Of a DNA stretch of 64,000 bases, positions 31,710-41,349 are shown one piece after another (the stretch's first letter is position 1; each line of letters opens with the position of its first letter). The notes below the pieces were generated by a model that searched no databases, had not been told where the DNA came from, and saw only the letters and a program-made list of their open reading frames with translations. Where the stretch lies: contig CAJJCZ010000010.1 of NCBI GenBank assembly GCA_905182795.1, forward strand, positions 21,013 through 85,012, in the 5' to 3' direction. The stretch comes from an uncultured bacterium. Its GTDB lineage: Bacteria; Fidelibacterota; Marinisomatia; Marinisomatales; Marinisomataceae. The translations under genes and the position numbers were made by a program.

Positions 31710-34141
31710 TTTTTTTCTGCTAATAATTTAATGGCTTCTTCCAATGTAACATCTTCAATTGTGTATCCTTTAAGCGATACATTCTTTTTTCCATCTGTTA
31801 CATATGGACCAAATCGACCTCTTTTAATAGCAATATCCTTTTTTGTTTTTGGATCAATTCCTAAAATTGTTGGCTCAAATTTTAATTTTCTATCCTTAAT
31901 AAGCTTAACAGCATCTTCTAAGCTGATAGTTAAAGGACTGTCAGTAGATTTCATAGAGGCATTAATTTTACCACATTTTACATATGGTCCATAAGGGCCA
32001 AAAGTAGCTAATATATCTTCTCCAGTGTCAGGATGTGTACCCAATGTTTTTGGTAGGCTCAATAAATCTGAAGCCATTTTTTCAGTTATATCTTCAGGTG
32101 AGGTACCTTTTGGGATTGAAGCTCTTTTTTTGCTTTCTTGCAACTCTACATAAGGTCCATAGCGTCCTACTTTTAAAAGAATATTTTCTCCATCATTAAA
32201 TTTTCCAATAATATTATCTTCTTTTTGCATAGAACTAAGCTTGTCTATGCGCTCTTGGTTTAAGTCTCCTAGAAATAAGTCTTGTGGTATTGTGATGTTG
32301 GTACCATCTTTTTCTACATATGGTCCAAATTTTCCAATACGAATATTAGTTTTTTCAGATATATTAACAGTACATGCTTTTGCAATATCTATTTCCGCTT
32401 CTAATAGTTTGGCTACACCGGCATAATCTTCTTTACCATTATAAAATTCTTCTAAAACACCCAAATAAGTATTTTCAGATCGAGATATAGCATCTAACTG
32501 TTGTTCCATACCGGCGGTAAATTCTTCATTAAACAATGATAAATAATGATTTTCTAATAATTGAGTAACGGCAATCCCCACAAATGTTGGAATAAGAGTT
32601 TTGCTTTGCTTAACTACATATTCTTTTTTTACGAGCTTATCTAATATAGCCGAATAAGTCGATGGACGTCCAATACCTCTGGCTTCCATTTCTTTCACAA
32701 GCATAGCTTCTGAAAATCTTCTTGGAGGCGTGGTATATTTTTCAAGAGTCTCTATATTAGTATGTACAATTTTAGAGTTTTTTTCAATTGGCGGTAGGGC
32801 AGTAGCAGCAACTTTCTGATTTCTAGAGAGTGCTTGTTCATAAACTGCTGTATAACCTTTGAATGTTGTAATATTGCCGCTTGCCTTATACATAGATTTA
32901 CCACTTTTAAGCGCAATATTTGTTCTAATATATTGTGCAGGTTTCATTTGAGATGCTAGCGTTCTATTAAGGATTAATCCATATAATTTTGCCTCATCTG
33001 ACCCAACACTATTTGATATGTTAGCTAGATCTTGGAATGTTGTGCCTGCAGGCCTAATAGCCTCATGCGCTTCTTGTGCATTAGCCACCTTGCTTTTGTA
33101 TACGTTAGGAGATTCAGGTAAAAAATCTTTACCAAATTTATCTAAAATAAATTTTTTCGATGCGGCCAAAGCTTCTTTAGAAAGATTGGTAGAATCAGTT
33201 CTCATATAAGTAATAAATCCTTGTTCATATAATTTTTGTGCAACCATCATTGTTCTTTTTGGTGAATATCCAAATCTTCTAGAGGCGTCTTGTTGCAGAG
33301 TGCTTGTTGTAAATGGTGGTGCAGCAGAGCTAGAAGTAGGTTTAGACTCAATGTCACTGATTTCCCAGTTATTACTATCAGTATCAGCCTTGATTTCTTT
33401 AGCTTTTTCTGCATCAATTAAAAGAAGTTTATCATTCTTTAATCCACTAGCAAATTTTCCAAAATCGTCACCCTTTGCTATAGTTTGACTATTGTATGAA
33501 ACGAGCTTTGCTTTAAATGTTTCACTATGACTCTCTTCTTTTAGATCAACTTCGATTGAATAAAATGTATTTTTTATAAATTTGTTACGATCTTTTTCGC
33601 GGTCTACCAACAGTCTTAAAGCTACCGATTGAACTCTACCCGCTGATAAGCCAGTACTTTTTATAGATCTTAATGTTTTCCAAAGAACGGGAGAGAATGT
33701 AAATCCTACAATACGATCAATAGCACGTCTTGCTCTCTGTGCGTCTACTAAATTATAATTAATATCTCTGCTATTTTGGATAGCTGACTGTACTGCCGCC
33801 TTAGTAATTTCAGTAAATTCTACTCTCTCGATATCTTGCTTAATTTCTGATGCTATATCAGCTGCAATGGCCTCACCTTCTCTATCTGGATCTGTAGCAA
33901 TAAGAATTCTGTCAGCTAACTTAACTTCAGCTTTTAGTTGAGTAATAAATTTTTTCCTCTCAGGCATTGTCTGAATTTTCATAGCGAAGTCATTTTCGAT
34001 ATCAATACCCATTTCTTTTTTCGGCAAATCTTTGAAGTGGCCAACGCTTGCTATAACAGAAGCATTTTCAATATACTTTGCAATCGTCTTAGTTTTAGAA
34101 GGCGACTCAACAATGACTAATAGTTTTTCTTGATTGGGCAT
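31706..34141 (-). CDS. topA: DNA topoisomerase I
   Basis: 811 aa with Toprim (LVIVESPSKTKTI, DPDREGE) and the catalytic Tyr region ITYMRTDS. The C-terminus has four cysteine-free GxxGPYV repeats (GKFGPYV, GRYGPYV, GPYGPYV, GRFGPYV). Confidence 0.95.
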   Translation of the reverse strand: MPNQEKLLVIVESPSKTKTIAKYIENASVIASVGHFKDLPKKEMGIDIENDFAMKIQTMPERKKFITQLKAEVKLADRILIATDPDREGEAIAADIASEIKQDIERVEFTEITKAAVQSAIQNSRDINYNLVDAQRARRAIDRIVGFTFSPVLWKTLRSIKSTGLSAGRVQSVALRLLVDREKDRNKFIKNTFYSIEVDLKEESHSETFKAKLVSYNSQTIAKGDDFGKFASGLKNDKLLLIDAEKAKEIKADTDSNNWEISDIESKPTSSSAAPPFTTSTLQQDASRRFGYSPKRTMMVAQKLYEQGFITYMRTDSTNLSKEALAASKKFILDKFGKDFLPESPNVYKSKVANAQEAHEAIRPAGTTFQDLANISNSVGSDEAKLYGLILNRTLASQMKPAQYIRTNIALKSGKSMYKASGNITTFKGYTAVYEQALSRNQKVAATALPPIEKNSKIVHTNIETLEKYTTPPRRFSEAMLVKEMEARGIGRPSTYSAILDKLVKKEYVVKQSKTLIPTFVGIAVTQLLENHYLSLFNEEFTAGMEQQLDAISRSENTYLGVLEEFYNGKEDYAGVAKLLEAEIDIAKACTVNISEKTNIRIGKFGPYVEKDGTNITIPQDLFLGDLNQERIDKLSSMQKEDNIIGKFNDGENILLKVGRYGPYVELQESKKRASIPKGTSPEDITEKMASDLLSLPKTLGTHPDTGEDILATFGPYGPYVKCGKINASMKSTDSPLTISLEDAVKLIKDRKLKFEPTILGIDPKTKKDIAIKRGRFGPYVTDGKKNVSLKGYTIEDVTLEEAIKLLAEKK

Positions 34142-34152
34142 ATTAGGATGTC

Positions 34153-34182
34153 AACTTACATAGTTTGGTTAGTAATTGTCAA
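34153..34182 (-). promoter_or_regulatory. Candidate promoter TTGACA-N18-TAAGTT for topA
   Basis: The minus strand reads TTGACA attactaaccaaactatg TAAGTT GACATCC taat ATG. The -10-like hexamer ends 11 nt before the start codon, which implies a very short leader. Confidence 0.4.
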
Positions 34183-34209
34183 AAATTTATATTTATTAAT
34201 AAATATAAA

Positions 34210-35442
34210 TTATTGGGTTTTTAGAAAATTGAGCAATTGTTGAAAGTCAGAAACAATACTTTCTTCATTAGACTTAATATTTTTTATCGTCATATTTTGA
34301 TCTATTATTAATATAAATGACGCGTTTCTTTTTACTGCATCTTTGATTTGATTCTTAACATTCTTTTTATTGGTATCAAAAAATACTTTATAATCATTTT
34401 CTACTAAATTTTTTATCAAAGAAAAACATTTTGGACTATTTATTGATTCATTACAACTAATGTATACATCAATATTATTTTGTTTAATTTGGTGTTTTGA
34501 TTCAATAATCATACGTTCAATCCCAGCTGCAAATCCAATTGCTGGAGTTGATGGCCCTCCCATTTGTTCTACTAAAAAGTCATATCGACCACCACCACAT
34601 AACGCATTCTGCGATTTGTCGCTTTGAGTGGTAATTTCAAATGTCGTTCCATTATAGTAATCAAGTCCACGCACTAGATGCGGACTCTCTTCATACTGAA
34701 TATGTAATGTATCAAGATTAGTTAAAAGAGTATTAAAATCTGCCTTTTCTTTGACTGTTAGTAGCTCTTTAATGATAGGTGCATTTTGAATAATCAACTG
34801 GTCTTCTTTTTCTTTGCTGTCAAGAATACGGATTGGATTTGAATCCAGTCTTTTTTGAGAAAGGCCTGATAAGGCTTTACTGTTTTGTGAAAAATATTTT
34901 TTTAATAGTTGCTCATATTTTACTCTAGTTTCTGGTGAACCAATATTATTTATATGTAATATGGTTTCATTGATACTTAATGCCTTTAAACAAGTCGTAG
35001 CCATAAGGATAACTTCAACATCTTGCTCTATGCTAGAAGAGCCAAATGCTTCAACACCAAATTGATTAAACTGACGCTGCCTACCTTTTTGAGGTTTTTC
35101 TCTTCTAAAAAGAGAGTCAATATAATATAAGCGACATAATGGGTTGCTTCTGAAAAATCCGCTTTCAATATAAGCGCGTACCACTGGCGCAGTCATTTCG
35201 GGTTTTAATGCGACTTGTTGATTAGACTGATCTTCCCAAGAAAACATTTCTTTTGATACATCAGTTTCATATCCAACATTTTGTTGGAATAAATTGATAG
35301 ATTCAAGTGCAGGGGTACGTATTTCTTTATAACTAAATTGTTCACTTATATTATGAAGGATATCCTCAACTTCTTTCCACAATTGTGTATCAGGAGGAAG
35401 AATATCAAAGGTACCTTTAATTTTTTGATATTTAGATTTCAC
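34210..35442 (-). CDS. hisS: Histidine--tRNA ligase
   Basis: 410 aa with class II motifs (LRYYIDSLFRREKPQKGRQRQFNQFGVE, GGGRYD, GFAAGIER). Confidence 0.95.
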   Translation of the reverse strand: MKSKYQKIKGTFDILPPDTQLWKEVEDILHNISEQFSYKEIRTPALESINLFQQNVGYETDVSKEMFSWEDQSNQQVALKPEMTAPVVRAYIESGFFRSNPLCRLYYIDSLFRREKPQKGRQRQFNQFGVEAFGSSSIEQDVEVILMATTCLKALSINETILHINNIGSPETRVKYEQLLKKYFSQNSKALSGLSQKRLDSNPIRILDSKEKEDQLIIQNAPIIKELLTVKEKADFNTLLTNLDTLHIQYEESPHLVRGLDYYNGTTFEITTQSDKSQNALCGGGRYDFLVEQMGGPSTPAIGFAAGIERMIIESKHQIKQNNIDVYISCNESINSPKCFSLIKNLVENDYKVFFDTNKKNVKNQIKDAVKRNASFILIIDQNMTIKNIKSNEESIVSDFQQLLNFLKTQ

Positions 35443-35477
35443 AAAACAACATTAATAATTTTTTTAAGCAATAACAC

Positions 35478-38400
35478 CTAAAAACTTGACCTAGTCTTAT
35501 ATAGTCCAGTTTTTTGCTCTACCTTCAAATCTTTTAATATATCAGATTTTAAATTTAATCTAAAATAAAGTCCTTTTGCATAACCGGTAGGGGTCCAATC
35601 CATAAATAATTCCCAACAATCTATTTCTCTATATAGAGTAATGTTATGTCTGACTATATCTTTATCACTAATACTAAAACGTGCATTATAATTTAATTTC
35701 CAATTTTGAGTTACATTGACGCTAGTATTAGTGTTAACCCAAAAATTTTCAATTGTATTTGAGGGGTTAATTTTATTTACAGTATAACTAATACCAATTT
35801 TGCTTTGCCAGGTGCTGCTTGATAAGTCTGTTAAGAATTCTTTAGTCCCATCTGAGAATTTTTTCTCAGATCCTTCTTCCGAACTATTTGTTTTGCTTCG
35901 CAATATAAAATTAGTTGCTAATCTTACACCTGTTAATCTAGGAAAATTATCCAATTCATTGAGTCTAGTTTGAGTTGAGTCATCAAATTTATATAAATCA
36001 TGTGTTAGATGAGCGTCTATAGAAACACCATTTTTCAAATTACTTCTAAGGGACGAACTGATATTAGATACTTTAAATTGCTCTGCATTGAAGTTATATC
36101 CACTTGATATACCCCATGAAAGGATATTAATTTTTTCTTCTTTGTCTTTATCTTTAATTTTTGCTTGGAAAACATTGCTCAGAGAAAAGCTTAATTTTTT
36201 AGTACTTGTGGTAGGGGTAGACCCAATAATAGAATTACTAAAATAGTCATAGTATTCATCATTAAATGATTGAAAATAACTTTCATTACTTAAATAATCT
36301 GGAGAAAAATTAAAACGGATACTTGGAGTCATTACATGTCTCACGGATTGGATCTTATTAAAACGTATTGGTAAAATTCCATAAATCTTAGTCGAAAGCG
36401 ATAGCCCTAAATTACCAGTCGTTCTATTTTTAATCGCGTCTTCATATCTAAAGCTTAATGTATCTACATCATCATACTCTGCTACTCTATATCGATTTAC
36501 AAAATCTGAATTCATTCTAATACTTGGATTGATAGCAAGATATTTGAAAGCGGTAAAAGGCGCATTTATAGAAAAAGCATTTTTCAGCATAGCATCTAAT
36601 TTATTTGAACTCTCAGGATTACCAGATGTATTCTGTTTCCATTTATAAGTTATGTTCCCATCCGTATCTATCGACTCTTCAGCTTCATAGAAATTTTTAG
36701 AATTATTTACTATACGCGAATTGTAATCCCATTGAATATTCCCTAGCCATGAATCTTGAGATTTATTTTTAAATAATTTTCTTCTAGCTACTCTAAGATT
36801 TATCGATGGTAATGTGCTAGTATCTTCTGTAATAATAGAAGACAAGCTAGAAGGTGTTTGATAAAAAGAGGAGCTTGTATCTACCTTGCTTTTAGACATT
36901 AAATCTTGTTTATTAGAAGCGTTAACACTGATAGATATATTAGGAGCTTTCCATCTTTTGGTGTAAGTAACATTTGATATTGCTTGCTGGTTAAGCCTTT
37001 TAATTGGATCGATACTTGTCTCTCTATTGTATTCTCCATTACTATAATAGCTAGCTGAACCTCTAAAGGTTTGGTTGTCTCTTAAGATTTGATTATGGTT
37101 CCAATTAAAAGAATAGTCAGTTTTATTGCTTTTACCAATTTGCGCAATATCACTTTCTCCCTCTCCTAGATGTTTTCGAATTTCAAAATTAAACATTCCA
37201 TTAAAGCGGTAGCGATCCTTATATATATTCTTTGACTTTAATATTAACCCCTGTCTATCTGCAAAGATTAGAGAGTTTTCAGAGCCTATATAGTCATTTA
37301 TAGCAAAATAATACCCTAGTCCATCTAGATAGTTCCCACGATTTTCTGATGAACCGAACGAAGGCATAATCCAACCAGATCTTCTTTCATTAGATGAGTG
37401 AGGAAAAATAGCAATTGGAATACCTATAATTGGTACACCACCAATAAAGATACTAAGTGGTTTAGCAATAACTTTATCACCATAAATAATTTTTACTTGC
37501 TTACTTCCAAGATAGAATTTAGATGGGTCACATGAGGTGAATATGCAATCATCGATATAAAAAGTACTATCTGTAACACTAGTAATTTGACTGCCCATAT
37601 ATACATTTTCTTGTACGCGGCTTTCGCCCATTAATACTTTACCTTTTCTAGATTTGATATTGTAGACCATGGTATCACCGGTCATTGGCTCACGATTATT
37701 TTCTATAAGTATGGGTTTATTAACTTCTTCATTATTAAATGGATTATTGCTAAAGGCTTCTAAAACGTTAGTGCTCCAGTCAACATTGATATGTGCAGCA
37801 GACAAATCCATACTATCATGCAAAATTTTTACTACCCCATACATTTCAGATATCTTTTTTTCTACTTCAAACTCTACTCTATCTGCACTATAGCCAATTT
37901 CTTCTTGAATATTTTGATTAGAAGCATTTGGAATATATCGGCCAATAGTCCCCCCTTCTGCTATTAATTTTCTTGCAGAATTGTTTTGAATGTCTAAAAT
38001 AATCTTGTCTCCAGACACTTCATTGATACCATCATAAAGAGAATCATTATATAGATGGATTAAGCTAGAGGCCATTCCTATCATTTCTATATTTTCAATT
38101 TCATCGTTTTCAAAACTGGCAATAATAGTCTGGCCTTTTAAGATGTCTTCATTCTCTACTGAATGTAGCTCATTGTCAATTTTTTCATATCCAGAATTTT
38201 TTGAAATAATTACACCATTTGAAAGTACCTGTAAAGCATGCAGGGACTCATCTTGAAAGTCTAGTATTATTTTATCACCATATACTTTATTATTATTTTT
38301 TTCATTTATTTCACAATTTTCTAGTAGGATGATTTGATTAGAAGTTTGATCTAGAGTAGCTTTGTCTGCACTAATTAATCGTGAACCATTTTTTATTTTG

Positions 38401-38747
38401 ATATGACCGTACATTGAGAAAAATTCAGTATTACTATCATATGAAAGCGAATCACAATAAATAGTTTGATTAGGTTGTTCAACAGAGACGTCGCCATATA
38501 AATTGATTATTGAATTTTGATTAGATTGATTTGCAAAACTACCCTTTAAAATGGTATCTGTTTTCTGAAAAATAATATTTCCATCTAATTTTGTAATAGT
38601 CTCAGATGTAGTGGTGGAAGATGTGAGAGTATCTGCCTGCTTCAGGAAAAGCTTATCTTGGCTGAATATAAAAGAGCACATTAAGCATAAAACAAATCCT
38701 TTTTTAACCATATAGTCTTTAACGAATCTTATTGATTTTTGTTTCAT
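35478..38747 (-). CDS. Large outer-membrane LptD/OstA-like protein
   Basis: The signal peptide (MKQKSIRFVKDYMVKKGFVLCLMCSFIFS|QD) is followed by repeated OstA-like beta-jellyroll segments and a long beta-rich C-terminus ending ...KTGLYKTRSSF. Likely starts are 38747 or 38711. The ORF extension to 38942 overlaps the divergent gene. Confidence 0.6.
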   Translation of the reverse strand: MKQKSIRFVKDYMVKKGFVLCLMCSFIFSQDKLFLKQADTLTSSTTTSETITKLDGNIIFQKTDTILKGSFANQSNQNSIINLYGDVSVEQPNQTIYCDSLSYDSNTEFFSMYGHIKIKNGSRLISADKATLDQTSNQIILLENCEINEKNNNKVYGDKIILDFQDESLHALQVLSNGVIISKNSGYEKIDNELHSVENEDILKGQTIIASFENDEIENIEMIGMASSLIHLYNDSLYDGINEVSGDKIILDIQNNSARKLIAEGGTIGRYIPNASNQNIQEEIGYSADRVEFEVEKKISEMYGVVKILHDSMDLSAAHINVDWSTNVLEAFSNNPFNNEEVNKPILIENNREPMTGDTMVYNIKSRKGKVLMGESRVQENVYMGSQITSVTDSTFYIDDCIFTSCDPSKFYLGSKQVKIIYGDKVIAKPLSIFIGGVPIIGIPIAIFPHSSNERRSGWIMPSFGSSENRGNYLDGLGYYFAINDYIGSENSLIFADRQGLILKSKNIYKDRYRFNGMFNFEIRKHLGEGESDIAQIGKSNKTDYSFNWNHNQILRDNQTFRGSASYYSNGEYNRETSIDPIKRLNQQAISNVTYTKRWKAPNISISVNASNKQDLMSKSKVDTSSSFYQTPSSLSSIITEDTSTLPSINLRVARRKLFKNKSQDSWLGNIQWDYNSRIVNNSKNFYEAEESIDTDGNITYKWKQNTSGNPESSNKLDAMLKNAFSINAPFTAFKYLAINPSIRMNSDFVNRYRVAEYDDVDTLSFRYEDAIKNRTTGNLGLSLSTKIYGILPIRFNKIQSVRHVMTPSIRFNFSPDYLSNESYFQSFNDEYYDYFSNSIIGSTPTTSTKKLSFSLSNVFQAKIKDKDKEEKINILSWGISSGYNFNAEQFKVSNISSSLRSNLKNGVSIDAHLTHDLYKFDDSTQTRLNELDNFPRLTGVRLATNFILRSKTNSSEEGSEKKFSDGTKEFLTDLSSSTWQSKIGISYTVNKINPSNTIENFWVNTNTSVNVTQNWKLNYNARFSISDKDIVRHNITLYREIDCWELFMDWTPTGYAKGLYFRLNLKSDILKDLKVEQKTGLYKTRSSF

Positions 38748-38784
38748 CTTTGTAAAGTAGAAATCTAATGTATAAATTGCTACA

Positions 38785-39096
38785 ATGTTAGAGAATCTGT
38801 TAAATAGCATTTCTAGTAATCCAGCATACCTAGCTGTAGCCATTGTTTTGATGGCAATGATTACATTTAGTGTTATAAAACGCTTATTCAAATTAGTGAC
38901 ACTAGGCCTCACACTATTCATTATATATTGTGCATACCTCATTTTTACTGATCAGCCTTTGCCGGACTTAGATAATATTAAAAGTCAATCACAGGAGATT
39001 GAAAAGTCTGTCAGTAGCATGATTCAAGATAATGTTCTAGAGCCTTTGCAAGAAAAAACAGATGTAATAAAAGATAATTTAAATAATTTAAAATAA
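38785..39096 (+). CDS. Small membrane protein (2 TM helices plus an acidic helical tail), hypothetical
   Basis: 103 aa with hydrophobic helices AYLAVAIVLMAMITFSVI and LGLTLFIIYCAYLIF. A promoter-like TTGTAA-N17-TAAATT ends 6 nt before the ATG. Confidence 0.5.
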   Translation: MLENLLNSISSNPAYLAVAIVLMAMITFSVIKRLFKLVTLGLTLFIIYCAYLIFTDQPLPDLDNIKSQSQEIEKSVSSMIQDNVLEPLQEKTDVIKDNLNNLK

Positions 39097-39106
39097 AGGA
39101 ATTTAT

Positions 39107-39955
39107 ATGTTTAAAGATGGACTACTTAAAGATCAAACAATTATTATCACTGGTGGTGGTACTGGACTAGGAAAAAGCATGTCCAGAAGATTTGGAGAGC
39201 TGGGCGCTAATGTCGTTATTAGTGGACGCAGAAAAGAAGTATTAGAAGAAACTGCTCAAGAATTTTCTGAGCTAGGTATCAATGTATTAACTTGTCCAGG
39301 CGATGTAAGAAAATTAGAAGATGTTGAACTAATGACTTCGCAGGCAATTGATAAATTTGGTACGATTGATGGGTTGTTAAATAATGCAGCGGGTAATTTT
39401 ATTTCTCCAACAGAAATGTTAAGCCCTAATGCATTCAAGACAGTTATTGACATTGTTCTTATGGGAACATGGAATTGTATTAGCACCGTCGGGAAAGAAA
39501 TGATTAAAAATAAAAAAGGTAATGTACTTAGCATTGTTACAACATATGCATGGACAGGCTCACCTTTTGTAGTTCCTTCTGCGGCAGGGAAAGCGGGCGT
39601 TTTGGCAATGACAAGATCTTTAGCTGTAGAATGGGGTAAATATAATATTAGATTTAATGCTATTGCACCAGGTCCATTTCCAACAGAAGGAGCTTGGTCA
39701 CGTTTAATGCCACCAGGTTTTGATGACTATGAAGAAAATATGAAAAATAATATCCCAATGAAAAGATTTGGTGAGCGTCATGAACTTGAAAATCTTGCAT
39801 CATATCTTATGAGCGATGGTTCTGCCTATATAAATGGTGAAGTAGTTACTATCGATGGAGGTGAATGGATTGCTGGAGCAGCTGAATTTAGTGATTTAAC
39901 TAAATTGCCAGATTCAATGTGGAAAGCCATGGCAGAACGAAGAAAGAAAAAATAA
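39107..39955 (+). CDS. SDR family oxidoreductase, 2,4-dienoyl-CoA reductase-like
   Basis: 282 aa with ITGGGTGLGKSM and NNAAGNFISPTEMLSPNAFKTVIDIVLMGTWN, which resemble DECR-type SDRs, and a basic C-terminus. Confidence 0.75.
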   Translation: MFKDGLLKDQTIIITGGGTGLGKSMSRRFGELGANVVISGRRKEVLEETAQEFSELGINVLTCPGDVRKLEDVELMTSQAIDKFGTIDGLLNNAAGNFISPTEMLSPNAFKTVIDIVLMGTWNCISTVGKEMIKNKKGNVLSIVTTYAWTGSPFVVPSAAGKAGVLAMTRSLAVEWGKYNIRFNAIAPGPFPTEGAWSRLMPPGFDDYEENMKNNIPMKRFGERHELENLASYLMSDGSAYINGEVVTIDGGEWIAGAAEFSDLTKLPDSMWKAMAERRKKK

Positions 39956-40708
39956 ATGTTTAATCTAAAAGGTAAAACAGCGATTGTTTCTGGCGGTTCG
40001 AAGGGTATTGGTAAGGCAATTGCATTTAAGTATGCAGAAGCAAGTGCAAATGTTGTGATTTGTAGTCGTAAAAAAGATAATCTAGATAGCGCAGTGGCAG
40101 CAGCTAAGGCGTCTGGATTAAATATTATCGGGATTGAATGTAATACAGGCGATATTGAATCAATTAAAAATGTTGTTGATCAAACTGTTAATCAATTTGG
40201 TAAAGTCGACATTCTAGTTAATAATGCAGCAGCAAATCCATACTATGGCCCTATTCTCAAATCAGAAGATAGTCATTGGGAAAAAATCTGGGATATAAAC
40301 GTAAAAGGATACTTTAATTTTGTAAAGGCATGTAGTAATTCTATGGAGAGTAATCAGTATGGTAAAATTATTAATATTGCATCTATTGCAGCAAAAACTC
40401 CACTAGACGGTTTAGGAGTATATAATATTAGTAAAGCTGCGGTTGTGATGTTAACCAAGGTGCTAGCGAAAGAGATGGCAGCATCAAATATTCAAGTTAA
40501 TACTTTAGCCCCAGGATTAATTAAAACTGATTTTAGCAAAGCGTTATGGGAGGATGAGTCAGTTTATAATGAAATTATTAAATCAATTCCACAAGGTAGA
40601 ATGGGAGAGCCTGAGGATATATCAGGCATGGCTCTATATCTAGCTTCAGATGCATCAGATTTTATTACAGGATCAATGTTTGTAGTAGATGGAGGATTAA
40701 CAACCTAG
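39956..40708 (+). CDS. SDR family oxidoreductase (FabG / DHRS4-like)
   Basis: 250 aa with the cofactor motif VSGGSKGIGKAIA, NNAA, and the catalytic YNISKAA (YxxxK). Confidence 0.85.
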   Translation: MFNLKGKTAIVSGGSKGIGKAIAFKYAEASANVVICSRKKDNLDSAVAAAKASGLNIIGIECNTGDIESIKNVVDQTVNQFGKVDILVNNAAANPYYGPILKSEDSHWEKIWDINVKGYFNFVKACSNSMESNQYGKIINIASIAAKTPLDGLGVYNISKAAVVMLTKVLAKEMAASNIQVNTLAPGLIKTDFSKALWEDESVYNEIIKSIPQGRMGEPEDISGMALYLASDASDFITGSMFVVDGGLTT

Positions 40709-41349
40709 GTTGTTATAATCCAATTATAAAATTCTTTAATATCTGAGAAAGTAAATGCTCCAGTTTCCTTTAATCTTTTTATATCATTGTGTCCATTTGA
40801 CACTAAAGCACAATCAATTTTTAGGTATTTAGCAACACTAGAGTCTAATAAGGTATCTCCTATAATAATCGTTTCTTCTGCTGGGATATCTAAAGTTAAA
40901 AGTAGCTCTTCTCCTTCATATTCTTTTCCATGAGCATATAAATTATTTGTACCGACAACATGTTGTAAATATTGTGTTATATCAAAAAAATTGACCTGCT
41001 CTTTTAATCTATCTTGACGACTAGCAGAAAGAATAGTTTGTGTAATTTTTTTTTCAGAAAATTTAATAATAGTATCTTTTGCAAATGGCTGTAGGGCTAG
41101 CGATTTGAATTGATCTACAAAACCCGCATTAAATTCATTATTAGAATTTTCAAAAGGCTCTTTATCAAAATCAAATCCTATTGATTCATAAAATGTTTTA
41201 ATTGGGAAAAGAAATTTTTGTTTATACTGTTGAACAGTTATTTCAGGTATATCACGCTTCCTTAAAGACTCATTTAAAATCTGTGTACATAGGGAAGTAT
41301 CATTCAATAAAGTTCCATTCCAATCCCAAATTATGTGCTTATATTTCAT
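40705..41349 (-). CDS. HAD superfamily hydrolase (phosphoglycolate phosphatase-like, subfamily IA)
   Basis: 214 aa with motif I IIWDWNGTLLND at residues 6-17 and a late motif IIIGDTLLD. Confidence 0.8.
   Translation of the reverse strand: MKYKHIIWDWNGTLLNDTSLCTQILNESLRKRDIPEITVQQYKQKFLFPIKTFYESIGFDFDKEPFENSNNEFNAGFVDQFKSLALQPFAKDTIIKFSEKKITQTILSASRQDRLKEQVNFFDITQYLQHVVGTNNLYAHGKEYEGEELLLTLDIPAEETIIIGDTLLDSSVAKYLKIDCALVSNGHNDIKRLKETGAFTFSDIKEFYNWIITT

Noticed and set aside
38748-38942. 65-codon N-terminal extension of the LptD-like ORF (start at 38942)
   Set aside because: The extension precedes a clear signal peptide that begins at internal Met codons (38747 or 38711). It overlaps the divergent 103-aa gene and its promoter-like element, and it has no signal-peptide features itself.
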